From positions 1,024,001 through 1,088,000 of the forward strand of contig CAXXWQ010000003.1 of NCBI GenBank assembly GCA_963674945.2: a stretch of DNA of 64,000 nt, read 5' to 3'. Made by a program: the position numbers and the translations under genes. Within the stretch, counting starts at the first letter, position 1; every line of letters begins with the position of its first letter. The notes under the pieces are model-generated. The model had not been told where the DNA came from and searched no databases. It saw nothing but the letters and a program-made list of their open reading frames with translations. Source of the DNA: an uncultured Desulfosarcina sp. Its GTDB lineage: Bacteria; Desulfobacterota; Desulfobacteria; Desulfobacterales; Desulfosarcinaceae. Shown piece by piece: positions 42,307-53,176 of the stretch.

Positions 42307-42630
42307 GACCTTCTCCTTTCTCAGTTGACCATTTTTCTGCCGTACCATCCTATTTTGTACTTTGATAATGCGATTGTAAGCCGGGGGTGAAGAGCTTCGC
42401 TTACATGGAAAAAATTATTCATTTGCCGGTCAATGTCAAGCCTGCCATTTTCTCGACAATAGGCCATGGTCTCGACGGCGAACGGCATACCATCTCTTTT
42501 TAAACCATCCATAATACATCGACAATATTATTCTTTTCCCAACGCCAAAAAAAGGCTCAATATTTGCTGATTTTCGGCGATAGCCATAGGTAGGGTGGAA
42601 AAAACAAAGAGGACGAACGCAAAGGTACCA

Positions 42631-43302
42631 ATGAAGATTGATTTTCAAAGAGTACGATTATTTCGAACCATAATTTGTATGCTGCTCATGGGTCTCTTAT
42701 TTGCTGCTTGCTCCCATGCCCCCAATCGCACGCATCCTCAATTTTCCACCTATCACCAATCCATGACGGAACTTTTGGTACTGGTGCCCGAAATTGATAT
42801 CTTCGAAAAGATGCCCGATGGCAGTTGCCTGCTACATGATGTGGAAAGCAAAAAAAGCCGGCGGCAGGCACAGGACGCCATTTCAGGACAACTGGTGGCG
42901 CGCCGCTTTGCCGTTGAAAAGGCGAACGACGGTTTGATGCAGACATCGGAAGTAAAGGACGTTACCTCACTTTTCAAATCGGTAAACCGCGCCATTCAAC
43001 TGCACGTTTTCGGTCCGCAACCCTTCCCCGTAAAGGTACAACATTTCCAATACGATCTGGGACCGGTGGACAAACTCCTTCGCACCCATGGTGCCGATGG
43101 GTTGGTAATCGCCCTGGGTTATCAAACCGGTGAACGTCAGCCGACCCAAAGCTGGTTGAGTATCGCCCTCGTCGAACCCCAAGGACGAATCATCTGGTAC
43201 GGTGTCTTCGGCGACCACGAGAAATACGACCTTGGAAACCCCATGGGAACTGCACAAATCGTGGCACGGGCCATGGAAGGTCTTCCCGGGGGAGGATCAT
43301 GA
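42631..43302 (+). CDS. Hypothetical lipoprotein
   Basis: FAAC lipobox-like; overlaps the next gene by 4 nt. Confidence 0.7.
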   Translation: MKIDFQRVRLFRTIICMLLMGLLFAACSHAPNRTHPQFSTYHQSMTELLVLVPEIDIFEKMPDGSCLLHDVESKKSRRQAQDAISGQLVARRFAVEKANDGLMQTSEVKDVTSLFKSVNRAIQLHVFGPQPFPVKVQHFQYDLGPVDKLLRTHGADGLVIALGYQTGERQPTQSWLSIALVEPQGRIIWYGVFGDHEKYDLGNPMGTAQIVARAMEGLPGGGS

Positions 43303-44411
43303 CGAAGCACAAAAGATTCATTGTGCCGGTGATCCTGCTCTTGGCGTGGGCGGCACCGTCATGGGCGCTGGACAGAACGGTGATGAACGATTTGTCGCCA
43401 CGAATGCGGCGTCTGGCTGAACAGGAACAGGCCATACTCGAACAGCAAAATCTTTTTTTCGACGATGCGACGGTGAATGATTTTCTGGTGCAAGTGGCCG
43501 GTCGCCTGTGGAAACAGTTGGAAACCGATTTGAAATCACCCACGGTGAAGATCGTCATGGATCCTTTGCCAAACGCCCAAGCATACCCCAACGGATTATG
43601 CCTGATGACCACCGGTATGCTCAGCCATCTGGAAAGCGAAGAGCAATTGGCCATGATCCTTTCCCATGAAATGATTCACTATGCGCGTCAACACACACCG
43701 TTGCTTTATGAAAAGCTAAAAACCGGCACTCGCGATTTGGATCCAACAGATCCCCGCTTCCATCCAAGATCCACAGACAATTTCGCGGCGGCAACAATCG
43801 ATGCATTGGAAAAACAAGCCGATCGCGAGGGTTTGGCCCTTTTTGAGGAAGCCGGATATTGCCTGTCCATCTTGTTGGAACAAGTGTCCAATCTCGAAGA
43901 TCAATCACACGGCAATGGCTCATCCGAGGTATTGAAAGATTTGAGAGCCCGTATACGAAAGATGAGGCCCCATGGCGGTGTAAAAGACAAAGAAAAATGT
44001 CAGAAACCCATGGGGGGATCGAATCAGGGAATCTTTCTTGCCCGTATTGCCCCCGTCTTGTTGGCCAACGCGCAAGTAGCCCTGGCACGCGGCGAATACC
44101 AGCAGGCGGATCGAAGCGTCTCCATGTATCTCGCGCTGGTGCCCGATGATGCCCGCGCCAATTTTATCAAAGGGGAAATTCTGAATCGTGCAAACGCAGT
44201 CAAGAAAGAAGACTCCGGTCTGTCGTTTTATGAAAAAGCCCTTACCCTCGATCCCAATTTTCCATTGGCCCATCGGGCCCTGGGCGTGCTTCATTTCAGG
44301 GCCGGCCGCTACAAAAGAGCAATTCCCTACTTCGAGTCCTTCTTGGCCCTGGCACCCGATGACCCTTCGCACCTTTTTATCCAAGGATATCTACGAGAAT
44401 GTCAAAAATAA
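43299..44411 (+). CDS. M48 metallopeptidase with TPR repeats (BepA-like)
   Basis: Signal peptide, PNAQAYPNG, LSHEMIH, EKQADREG, C-terminal TPRs. Confidence 0.88.
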   Translation: MTKHKRFIVPVILLLAWAAPSWALDRTVMNDLSPRMRRLAEQEQAILEQQNLFFDDATVNDFLVQVAGRLWKQLETDLKSPTVKIVMDPLPNAQAYPNGLCLMTTGMLSHLESEEQLAMILSHEMIHYARQHTPLLYEKLKTGTRDLDPTDPRFHPRSTDNFAAATIDALEKQADREGLALFEEAGYCLSILLEQVSNLEDQSHGNGSSEVLKDLRARIRKMRPHGGVKDKEKCQKPMGGSNQGIFLARIAPVLLANAQVALARGEYQQADRSVSMYLALVPDDARANFIKGEILNRANAVKKEDSGLSFYEKALTLDPNFPLAHRALGVLHFRAGRYKRAIPYFESFLALAPDDPSHLFIQGYLRECQK

Positions 44412-44962
44412 TAGACCACGCCGCCAAGATGGCCATGTTGGTAACAACTGCATTGATACTGTCTGCCTGCGCCGGCCCCTGGGAGTCGGTTCCCGACACA
44501 CTGAGTACACCCCGATGGTCCATCTCACCACCCAAAGGGTGGATGCACCTTTCCATGCCGGGATCCCAGATGCTGTCCAAGGATGGTCCATACCTGGCGT
44601 ATATCTTCATCCAGGCAAGACCCCTTGCCCGGGGTTTCCGGTATACCAAACAAAAATTACGATCCGACATGCTTCCCCACGAAGCGGCCCAATTGATCGC
44701 GGACAATATCCGTTTTGATCCTGCCATCCGTCAATTTCAGTTACTGGACAGCTGCCCGGCAACGGTCGGTGGCCGAGAGGGGTTTCGTCTGGCGTACTGC
44801 TACCGGGATTCCAATGATGTTACGATAAAGACCATCTACTACGGGACCATATTCCAGGGCCATCTGATCAATCTTCGGTACACCGCAACACAGCGTCACT
44901 ATTTCGATAAAGAGATCCGCGCCTTTGCCGACGTGTTCGAAAGTCTTACTCTGATCGGATAA
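44399..44962 (+). CDS. Lipoprotein (possible PsbP/DcrB-like fold)
   Basis: LSAC lipobox, SPPKGW. Confidence 0.7.
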   Translation: MSKIIDHAAKMAMLVTTALILSACAGPWESVPDTLSTPRWSISPPKGWMHLSMPGSQMLSKDGPYLAYIFIQARPLARGFRYTKQKLRSDMLPHEAAQLIADNIRFDPAIRQFQLLDSCPATVGGREGFRLAYCYRDSNDVTIKTIYYGTIFQGHLINLRYTATQRHYFDKEIRAFADVFESLTLIG

Positions 44963-44991
44963 AAAAATGCGCTCACCGGGCGATAGGTCGA

Positions 44992-45429
44992 TCAGCTCTT
45001 AACGATCTCCGGCTTTGCGTTTTTCATCTTTTCTTTGATTTCGTTGATGTACGGCATCACGTAGTGCTGTTTCCAGGAAGGCGCCGTTTCAGAAATCAAG
45101 TTCAACGATTCCATTGCCTTGTGATATTCTTTCTTTCGAAAGTAGGCTTGGGAGAGATACCAGAGCGCATGCATCTCCTTTGGATATTTCGTTAATTTCT
45201 TTTTGCACGCCGCGATTACGCCGTCCAGATCGTCTTTGTCGAGCAACTCGACGGCCTTTTCTTTGAATGTATTAACGACCCGGTCTTCATCGACGGCCCT
45301 CTTTAAAAGACGCACCAAAATGGCGATGCCGATTAGACCAACGGAAAAAATAATGAGGATGAAAACAAACAGCCATTTGATCTGTGTCGTTTGGGTTAAA
45401 AGATCTGTTAATAACAATGCACCATTCAT
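44992..45429 (-). CDS. Membrane-anchored TPR protein
   Basis: N-terminal TM, ALWYLSQAYFRKKEYHKA. Confidence 0.75.
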   Translation of the reverse strand: MNGALLLTDLLTQTTQIKWLFVFILIIFSVGLIGIAILVRLLKRAVDEDRVVNTFKEKAVELLDKDDLDGVIAACKKKLTKYPKEMHALWYLSQAYFRKKEYHKAMESLNLISETAPSWKQHYVMPYINEIKEKMKNAKPEIVKS

Positions 45430-45583
45430 TGGAACTCTCTCTCTTTTATGTAACGAAGAACAGATGGTCCTGCCTACAGACCAACCATCTTATATTTTCG
45501 GTATTTTCATCAAAATCTGAAAAACAAATTCCATATCTTTCGATTCAAACCGTAGCGTTTCGATCATCGGCTTTATCCTGGAG

Positions 45584-45599
45584 TGTGATCCGTCTCACA
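45584..45599. promoter_or_regulatory. CRP/FNR-family (HcpR-like) binding site
   Basis: TGTGA-TCCGTC-TCACA, perfect TGTGA-N6-TCACA between divergent genes. Confidence 0.55.
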
Positions 45600-45709
45600 T
45601 TTTTCGTCGAACGCTTCGTGTATGATCTGTTGCCAATAACGGTTCCATTTTCCTTTGATCAGGTAGCGATTATTTCAACAACCCGTTCCATAGGAAACCG
45701 TGAAACGCC

Positions 45710-46819
45710 ATGAAGTGCAACCTGATGCTGACCCAACGGTGTAATCTGAGATGCGGCCACTGCAATATCGACAAGGGATCGAGAACCATGTCCCTTTCCA
45801 TTGCAAAAAAGGCGATTGATTTCATTTTCAACCGTGCGCGCAAGGATGAAATCATCGATGTGGGTTTTTTCGGCGGAGAACCCCTGCTGGCCTTTGATCG
45901 AATGAAAGAGATCACCAGATACATCCAGGATCATGGTGATTTCCATCCGGATCGCTTACGGCTCTCCATCATCACCAACGGGACCCTGTTTTCCGACGCC
46001 ATCGCCAGGTTCGCAGGCGACTGCAATATCCGATTTGTCATCAACTGTGATGGGCCACCTGAAATCCAAGACATTTTTCGACGCCCCCTCACCGGCACAA
46101 ACGGATCGTCCGTGCTGGTTTCCCAGACAATAAAGCATGCCCTTGAAGCCTTGGATCGGGTAATGGTCAATACCGTTTTTCACCCGGCCACATTCCTCAT
46201 GCTGCCCCGGATCGTGGAATATCTCTCCGGTATGGGCGTACGGCACATCTGCCTCAACCCGGACTATTCCGCCCAATGGATGTCGCCCCACCTCAATCAG
46301 CTGCCCACCATATATCGGCAGATTGCCTATGAATACGTTCGTTTCAGAAAAATCGGCACACCCCACTTTATCAGCCTTATCGATGACAAAATCATCGTGA
46401 TCCTTCAAAACGGCTACTCGTCCGAACAAAGGTGTCAGATGGGAAAGACCGCGCTCGCATTTTCGCCCGACGGGGGAATCTATCCATGTGAACGGCTCTT
46501 GGGGAAGGCAGGCAAATGTCACCGAATCGGCCATCTGGAATCGCGTATCGAATGGGACAGGATCACTTGTCGCCCCATGCCCACGTCTCCTGTAAATGCA
46601 TCCTGTGAGACATGCGGCGTCAGTGACTATTGCAAAAACTGGTGCGGGTGCACCAATTTTTTCGCGTCAGGATTCTACAACCGGATCAATTCCTTCGTCT
46701 GCGCATCCGAAAAAGCGGCCATCCGCGCTGCATTCTTTGCCTTACAGGAGTTGGGAGACAAGATCTTCGAAAAAAATTGGAACCGCGCTGACGGTCATTT
46801 TCGTAATGGGGATGATTGA
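45710..46819 (+). CDS. Radical SAM/SPASM domain protein
   Basis: CNLRCGHC, FFGGEPLL, TNGT; SPASM CQMG...YPC...CETC-x5-C-x3-CGC. Confidence 0.9.
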   Translation: MKCNLMLTQRCNLRCGHCNIDKGSRTMSLSIAKKAIDFIFNRARKDEIIDVGFFGGEPLLAFDRMKEITRYIQDHGDFHPDRLRLSIITNGTLFSDAIARFAGDCNIRFVINCDGPPEIQDIFRRPLTGTNGSSVLVSQTIKHALEALDRVMVNTVFHPATFLMLPRIVEYLSGMGVRHICLNPDYSAQWMSPHLNQLPTIYRQIAYEYVRFRKIGTPHFISLIDDKIIVILQNGYSSEQRCQMGKTALAFSPDGGIYPCERLLGKAGKCHRIGHLESRIEWDRITCRPMPTSPVNASCETCGVSDYCKNWCGCTNFFASGFYNRINSFVCASEKAAIRAAFFALQELGDKIFEKNWNRADGHFRNGDD

Positions 46820-46825
46820 AAATCG
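46793..46825 (+). repeat. Direct repeat copy 1 (3' end of the rSAM gene)
   Basis: 31 of 33 nt identical to 50481-50513. Confidence 0.85.
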
Positions 46826-47214
46826 TCGATTATCGACCCGCAAGCTCGTGTCGATATTCATCGAGCAAAATTTTCATTACATCCTTCTCATTCTGTTTTC
46901 GCAATAAATACAGACAAATAAGATGTTGACACGTTAGTTGTTATGATATATTGATTTTAAACAGATCACTTTCAAGTTCTAAATCGTAACTTCTTGTCTA
47001 CTCTCCTGTAAGTGTTGCGTTCTGTTGCTCTTTTCTTAACACCTCAACTTGTTTTCTCTTTGATTGTAATTTCCGGAAAAAGTTATCGACACGGGCCATT
47101 TCGAGTCTCCTTTTAAATTTCATTGCGCATTTCGATGATGCCACACCCGTCGTGATCGGCATTGGCTTCAACGGCAAAAACTGTTTGCATATACGCTATC
47201 ATCGGAGTGACAGA

Positions 47215-50200
47215 ATGAAGACAAGATCCCCAACAATCGCTAAAGTAACCCGTCCTATTCCCACAGGGGTGTATCCCAGAAAACGCCTGTTTGATTTGTT
47301 GGACCGTAAGCAAACCTATCCGGTCATTTGGATTTTGGGACCGCCCGGATGTGGCAAGACCACGCTGGTGACCAGCTACCTGGAAACAAAAGAATCGCCT
47401 TGCCTGTGGTATCAGGCAGATGAGGGCGAAGCTGACCCGGCAACCTTTTTTTACTACCTGGGACTCGCTGTCAAAAAAGCCACGCCCCGGAAACGAAAAC
47501 CGCTGCCTCTTTTGACACCGGAATACCTGCCTGGCCTGCCGACTTTTACCCTGCGTTTTTTTGAAAACATCTTCTACCGTTTACAGGCTCCCTCTTTCAT
47601 TGTTTTTGACAATTACCAGGAAGTGCCATTGGCGTCACCTTTTCACGAAGTAATTCGTCACGGGCTTTCCAATATCCCAAACGGAATTCATGTAATTTTG
47701 ATCAGCAGAAGCGGGCCTCCCCCGGTTTTAATTCACATGCAGGCCAATAACCGGATGGAAATGATCGGGTGGCAGGATCTTCGTTTGACCCTGAAAGAGT
47801 CGAATGACATCGTCAAACTTCGGGCACGGCATGAGGTTTCGACGGAAACGATAAAGCATTTACACACCATCACCGATGGATGGGTGGCTGGCCTGATGCT
47901 AACGATAAAGACCGCAGCGTTGGAAAAGATTGACCCGCATGCGTTCGATACGATTTCAGCAGAACGAGTTTTTGACTACTTTACCGGTGAGATTTTTGAC
48001 AAGGTTGATGAAAAAATCCAGAATTTTTTGCTCAAGACCGCACTTTTCCCCAAAATGACGGCAAGCATGGCAAGACAATTAACGGGTTTTGAATCTGCAC
48101 ATCGTATCCTTTCTCAATTGAATCGCAATAACTACTTCACTGAAAGACGCTTTCGCAGCAGCCCTGCTTTTGAGTATCATCCTTTGTTTCGAGCGTTTCT
48201 CTTATCCCGTGCGGAAGAAACATTTTCCACAGAATTTCTTTCGGACTTGCGCCGGCGTGCAGCCATGCTTCTTGAAGAAGATGATCAGACAGAGGCTGCC
48301 ATAGATCTTATGCGTGATTCCGGTGACTGGGAAAAAATGATCTCATTGATCCTAAAACACGCACCGGAAATGCTGGCCCAGGGCAGAAATCTTTCTCTGC
48401 AGCAATGGCTGTCCAATATACCAAAAGATATTATCGAGACTACTCCCTGGATTCTTTATTGGATGGGATCCTGCAACCTTCCATTTGATCCTTCAAAAAG
48501 CCGACGCTTTTTCGAAAAGGCTTTTACACTATTCAAAAAGCAAAAGGATGCAGCCGGAACGTTTCTGTCCTGGTCGGGGGCTGTCGATTCAATATATTTC
48601 TCTTGGGAATTTAAGCAGTTTGATAAATGGTTTCATGTGCTCGAAGAGGTTATGCAAACCTTTGAGAAGTTTCCTACCAGGGAGATAGAGGGACGCGTGG
48701 CAACAAATATGGTGCAGGCATTGTACTTTAGGCAACCACAACACCCTGAAATGGAGTCCTGGACGAAACGAGCGCTTTCATTGGGACGGGACAACAAGGA
48801 CGTAGAAGACCAAGTACGAACCTTACTTCATGCTGCACTTGATGCGGTGTTCAAAGGGGGGATCCCAAAAGCAATACCTTTTTTAGAGTCTCTACATGAG
48901 TTGACAAAGTCCTCGAATGTCTCGCATTTGGATCAAATAGCGGCAAGACTGGTAGAAGCGGACTGCTATTTGTTTAATAGTTCATTCAAAAAGGGCATAA
49001 AGGCCGTATCTGAAGGCTTGCAATTATCCCAGTCAACCGGCGTCCATATTATGGATTCTATGTTGTTGGGAAATTTAACTGAATTTGCCCTGGAAATGGG
49101 TGATCTGAAGGCCGCCGGCAATGAAATTGAAAAGATGTTTTCTCTTTTAGGCGATGCTGCACCATTTCTGAAGTCCTTCTACCATTTCATAAAAAGCAGA
49201 TTAGCCTTATTTCAAAACAATCTTGCCCAGGCCGCGCATCATGCCAGGTTGGCTTCTGACCTTGCCGGAAAGATCGGACTTGGCGTTAACACGGGATTAT
49301 GCTGGCTAAGGGAAGCGATGATTCTGTACCAGTCCGGAAAGTATCAGCAAGGTACCCGGCTTCAAAAAAAGGCGTTGGCGATTGCACGCCGTTCAAAAAG
49401 CAGAGTGATTGAAAGCAAAGCTTTGTTGACGGCGGCCTATTTTGCCCTGGACCGGAGAGATAAAACATCTGGTTTGAAGTTGCTTCGCAAGGCACTGGCT
49501 ATGGCCAAAGAACTGCAATATTATTTCAGCCCCGATGATGACGCGGCAGTGACGGCGAGAATCTGCGCCATCGCCCTGGAAAATGGAATCGAGGTGGACC
49601 ATGTGCAAAAAATCATCCGGAAAAGAAACCTTGTCCTGGACGATCCCCCCCTTCATCTGGATAACTGGCCCTGGGCCATACAGATATATACCTTGGGTCG
49701 GTTCGATATGGTTATCGATGAAAAACCTTTTACATTCCTCAGAAAAACGCAGAAGAAACCCCTTGAAATGCTCAAGCTGATCGTTTCCTTTGGAGAAGGA
49801 CAAGAGGTTGGCAAATCACAACTGAGCGATATCCTCTGGCCGGATGCGGATGGAGATAAGGCACAGCGATCTTTTGACACCACACTTCACCGTCTTCGCC
49901 AACTTTTGGGTCATGAAAAAGCGATTCATCTCCGAGACGGCAGATTATCCATCGACCAGCGTTACTGCTGGGTGGACAGCATGGCTTTTGAACACATTCT
50001 GAAACAGGCTGAAAATTGTGCTGGAAAAGAAGACAGAAAGAACACTATCCAATTACTCGAGAACGCCGTTTCATTATACAAAGGCCCGTTCCTTGCCGGA
50101 GAAACGGATGAGTCATGGACCATTTCCCATAACGAGCGTTTGCGGAGCAAATTCTTACGCTGCATCGAAAAGCTTGGAAATTACATGGAAGAAAAAGGTG

Positions 50201-50415
50201 ATTTGAACAGGGCGGTCGATTGTTTCCGGAGAGCAATCGAGGTAGACCATATGGCCGAGATGTTTTACCGGCGTCTGATGATCTGCTTGAAACAACTTGG
50301 ACGCAAAACCGATGCGCTGTCTGTATATCAACGCTGTGAAAGGACACTTTCATCCAGTCTTGAACTCGAACCTTCCCAGGAGACCAAAGCAATAAAACAG
50401 TCTCTGTACGAATAG
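47215..50415 (+). CDS. MalT-like ATPase-TPR regulator with C-terminal SARP/BTAD domain
   Basis: GPPGCGKTT, VFDNY, TDGW-x-AGL, YHPLFRAFL, LWPD, LHRLR, LYKGPFL, YRRLM, LEPSQET. Confidence 0.9.
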   Translation: MKTRSPTIAKVTRPIPTGVYPRKRLFDLLDRKQTYPVIWILGPPGCGKTTLVTSYLETKESPCLWYQADEGEADPATFFYYLGLAVKKATPRKRKPLPLLTPEYLPGLPTFTLRFFENIFYRLQAPSFIVFDNYQEVPLASPFHEVIRHGLSNIPNGIHVILISRSGPPPVLIHMQANNRMEMIGWQDLRLTLKESNDIVKLRARHEVSTETIKHLHTITDGWVAGLMLTIKTAALEKIDPHAFDTISAERVFDYFTGEIFDKVDEKIQNFLLKTALFPKMTASMARQLTGFESAHRILSQLNRNNYFTERRFRSSPAFEYHPLFRAFLLSRAEETFSTEFLSDLRRRAAMLLEEDDQTEAAIDLMRDSGDWEKMISLILKHAPEMLAQGRNLSLQQWLSNIPKDIIETTPWILYWMGSCNLPFDPSKSRRFFEKAFTLFKKQKDAAGTFLSWSGAVDSIYFSWEFKQFDKWFHVLEEVMQTFEKFPTREIEGRVATNMVQALYFRQPQHPEMESWTKRALSLGRDNKDVEDQVRTLLHAALDAVFKGGIPKAIPFLESLHELTKSSNVSHLDQIAARLVEADCYLFNSSFKKGIKAVSEGLQLSQSTGVHIMDSMLLGNLTEFALEMGDLKAAGNEIEKMFSLLGDAAPFLKSFYHFIKSRLALFQNNLAQAAHHARLASDLAGKIGLGVNTGLCWLREAMILYQSGKYQQGTRLQKKALAIARRSKSRVIESKALLTAAYFALDRRDKTSGLKLLRKALAMAKELQYYFSPDDDAAVTARICAIALENGIEVDHVQKIIRKRNLVLDDPPLHLDNWPWAIQIYTLGRFDMVIDEKPFTFLRKTQKKPLEMLKLIVSFGEGQEVGKSQLSDILWPDADGDKAQRSFDTTLHRLRQLLGHEKAIHLRDGRLSIDQRYCWVDSMAFEHILKQAENCAGKEDRKNTIQLLENAVSLYKGPFLAGETDESWTISHNERLRSKFLRCIEKLGNYMEEKGDLNRAVDCFRRAIEVDHMAEMFYRRLMICLKQLGRKTDALSVYQRCERTLSSSLELEPSQETKAIKQSLYE

Positions 50416-50480
50416 CAAATTGTAAGAAAATCCAAATGTATTGAGTTTGTCTGCAAGCTCACACGTGGGACCGCGTGGAA

Positions 50481-50513
50481 GGTCATTTTCGTGAAGGGGA
50501 TGATTGAAAATCG
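50481..50513 (+). repeat. Direct repeat copy 2 (relic of an rSAM gene 3' end)
   Basis: With its upstream flank translates as WDRVEGHFREGDD*, versus WNRADGHFRNGDD* in the intact gene. Confidence 0.8.
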
Positions 50514-50947
50514 GCGTGGATAACGCTTGACAAATACCAATCGTTTCTTATCCTACATCTAATACCACTATGTGGTATTCCTTTTCGTAAATTATTGACC
50601 CTTTTTTGTTCATAGCACATTTTTGCACGTGAGAAATTGGTATTCATTGTAAGTTCAGATTTCGTATACAGAGCACGTTCCCGTCTGGTTATGCAACCAA
50701 CCCATCACCCTGCGTATTATCGATAACAATATAGACACCGTGTTCTTTGGTAACCATTGATCGATTCAACCATTTGTATTTGCGATCATTCCTTTTCTCA
50801 GGACTGAGCCGAACGTACAACGTGCACCAATGCAGCCTGTTTTTTTGCTATTCGTTGGCGTTCAGCAAATGTCTTGCCGTTGTCTGATTGTATCGTATGT
50901 TCTTCCCCACCCTATCCAATAGGCCCTTAAAATGGAAGGAGAATGAA

Positions 50948-53176
50948 ATGAATATTTTATTCCCACATATATTTCGCCGCAACAATCTGACGCCTGTAAC
51001 AAAATATATTGTCCCGGCCGTCGCCGTTGTCTCTTTGATCTCTTGCGGTGGCGGTGGTGGCGGCGGTGGTGTCAAGAGCACCCCGCCACCTGTCACCAAA
51101 AACCTTTCCGCCGCTGATCTTGTCATCGAAACCGATAACCCGCAAATCGGCTATCCAATGAAAGTATCGGTAACACTTGCAGCAAATGAGGCCACCACCA
51201 ATGTGAGTGTTTCCGTGTTTGCCATCGATAATAATGACGACCCGGAGGCGGAAATCCGCCAGATTCCGTTAGGCTCCGAAACGATTGAGCGACTGGATGA
51301 AGGTGCACGCTCCTATGCGTTGAATGTCAACGTCCCCTCCAGCGTCGAAATTCCGGGCAATTATTTTATCGCGGCAATTATCGATCCGGCGGAGGAACTG
51401 CCTGAAACCAATGAGGACGACAACGCCGTGTACATCGAGACAGTTCTGTATACAGGGGACCCCAATATACTGCTTTCGGAATTGGTACTCGATCGTACCG
51501 CCTTGATCATCAATACCGACACGTACGAAAAGCAGGTGACCGGAACGGCAGGAAATGTCCACAATGCGGATGCGGGTGGGACGCTTACCGTGGGGGCCAA
51601 TGGTCTGGATGTGGACGAAACGGTCGATATCGAAGCCTTTGCCAAACTGCGTCTCATGCGTTCCGACAAGGGCACGTCCCACGATGTGCCACTTTATTTG
51701 TGGAACTCGGAAGCCAGTCGGTACATCAACGCCTATGGCATCGATCCCGAAACGGGAACGGTTCTGGGAGCAGCGGAATGGCTTCCGTTGGGAAGGTTTG
51801 CGCCCCAGTTGGTGGAGAGGGTGGGTGAAGATGTAACCCTCAACGATGTGAAGCGTGACACGACACACCTGAATTTTTATTTTCCCGGAAAACTGGGACG
51901 CGAGCTCGAACAGGCCATGCGGTACCCAGCCGTTGGTTTCGGACTGCCCACCGCGCCTCCCCCGGATCTCACTCCCGAGGCGATCGAGGAGTTGCGAATT
52001 TTTTTACGGGGCCTTCCTTTCAGCGGCGTCATCGGCGATGAAAGCGAAGCCATGAAGGTGATGGATTTTGCCGTTTGCGTTGAAATCAGGCCTGTCAATG
52101 GAACCGTTATCGATTCATTGACGGAAGACAACCAACGCTGCGCCCCACTGGCAATTTTCCTGCCTCCAATCAAATCATCCCCGCCGCCACCGGAAACCGG
52201 CGGATTCGAACCGCAATTTTCCACCCCATCAAACCCATTGACGGCCGGAGACGGCTTCGGGACGAGAGGAGGAGGAGCTGCATTCGGCTACGGCCTGGAT
52301 TTCGGTGCGACTGCGACGGCCGACAACCGCGGCTATATCGAGGAGCTGCGAGGGACTTTGCCGGTAAGCATCTTTAGCTCAGATTTCGACTTCATGAATG
52401 TCACGGTTCGGGCACAGATAGTACCGGAATACGCGGGTAAGCCGGCGGGTGAGGAATCGGAGTACAGAGTGGAACTGCGTTTTCTGAATCAATTGTTGTA
52501 TGTCAGAAGTTATCCATCCGGTTCCGTAAAGTTGAGCATCAGTTTTTCGAAGGAAGCCCCCCCACCGGAGGAAGATAAGATTCCCAAGCAATACTTCATC
52601 GGACCGGTTCCGGTCGATGCGGGGGCGTCGGTGGCCGGCAACTTCGGCATTGAGTATGAATTCGGTATACGGAAACAGCTCGATGATACCTATGGCGCAG
52701 AACCGCCTGAATTGGACTTTGGAAATTCGGTCAGCCCGTTTGCCAATGTCGATGCGACGCTCTACGCAGGCGTCGGTTCCAGCCTCTATTCGGTCGGAGT
52801 CGAGGGCGTGCTGACCCTCCTGGACGAACGACTGGAGCTTTTCAGCGGTACCCAGATTGAGGTTTTCGATCGCGGATACGATAGTGGAATCGCCGAGTTC
52901 ATCATTACCCAAGGCCAGGAAATTACCAATATTTTTTCCGGTCCTGAAGGGGCGCTGAATCTTTATGCCAAGTACTCGGTTCCAAAGATTGTGACATGCA
53001 GTTGGGGGTTCGTCAAAGGCAAGTGTGTTAAAAGCAAAACGATCAAGGCGACCAAAAACATCTGGCGCTCGGGTGCGCTCTTCGAACTGAGAGACATTCT
53101 CTATGAGGACGAGGATGTGGCGTTCGACGTGGTCAAGATGGATGGTCAGGGGCCCATGTATTTCGTGAAGCCATGA
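50948..53176 (+). CDS. Large lipoprotein: CARDB/Ig-like domain and C-terminal amphipathic beta-sheet
   Basis: LISC-G8 lipobox and linker; GNYFIAAIIDP-x5-ETNEDDN; alternating beta-strands at the C-terminus. Confidence 0.8.
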   Translation: MNILFPHIFRRNNLTPVTKYIVPAVAVVSLISCGGGGGGGGVKSTPPPVTKNLSAADLVIETDNPQIGYPMKVSVTLAANEATTNVSVSVFAIDNNDDPEAEIRQIPLGSETIERLDEGARSYALNVNVPSSVEIPGNYFIAAIIDPAEELPETNEDDNAVYIETVLYTGDPNILLSELVLDRTALIINTDTYEKQVTGTAGNVHNADAGGTLTVGANGLDVDETVDIEAFAKLRLMRSDKGTSHDVPLYLWNSEASRYINAYGIDPETGTVLGAAEWLPLGRFAPQLVERVGEDVTLNDVKRDTTHLNFYFPGKLGRELEQAMRYPAVGFGLPTAPPPDLTPEAIEELRIFLRGLPFSGVIGDESEAMKVMDFAVCVEIRPVNGTVIDSLTEDNQRCAPLAIFLPPIKSSPPPPETGGFEPQFSTPSNPLTAGDGFGTRGGGAAFGYGLDFGATATADNRGYIEELRGTLPVSIFSSDFDFMNVTVRAQIVPEYAGKPAGEESEYRVELRFLNQLLYVRSYPSGSVKLSISFSKEAPPPEEDKIPKQYFIGPVPVDAGASVAGNFGIEYEFGIRKQLDDTYGAEPPELDFGNSVSPFANVDATLYAGVGSSLYSVGVEGVLTLLDERLELFSGTQIEVFDRGYDSGIAEFIITQGQEITNIFSGPEGALNLYAKYSVPKIVTCSWGFVKGKCVKSKTIKATKNIWRSGALFELRDILYEDEDVAFDVVKMDGQGPMYFVKP

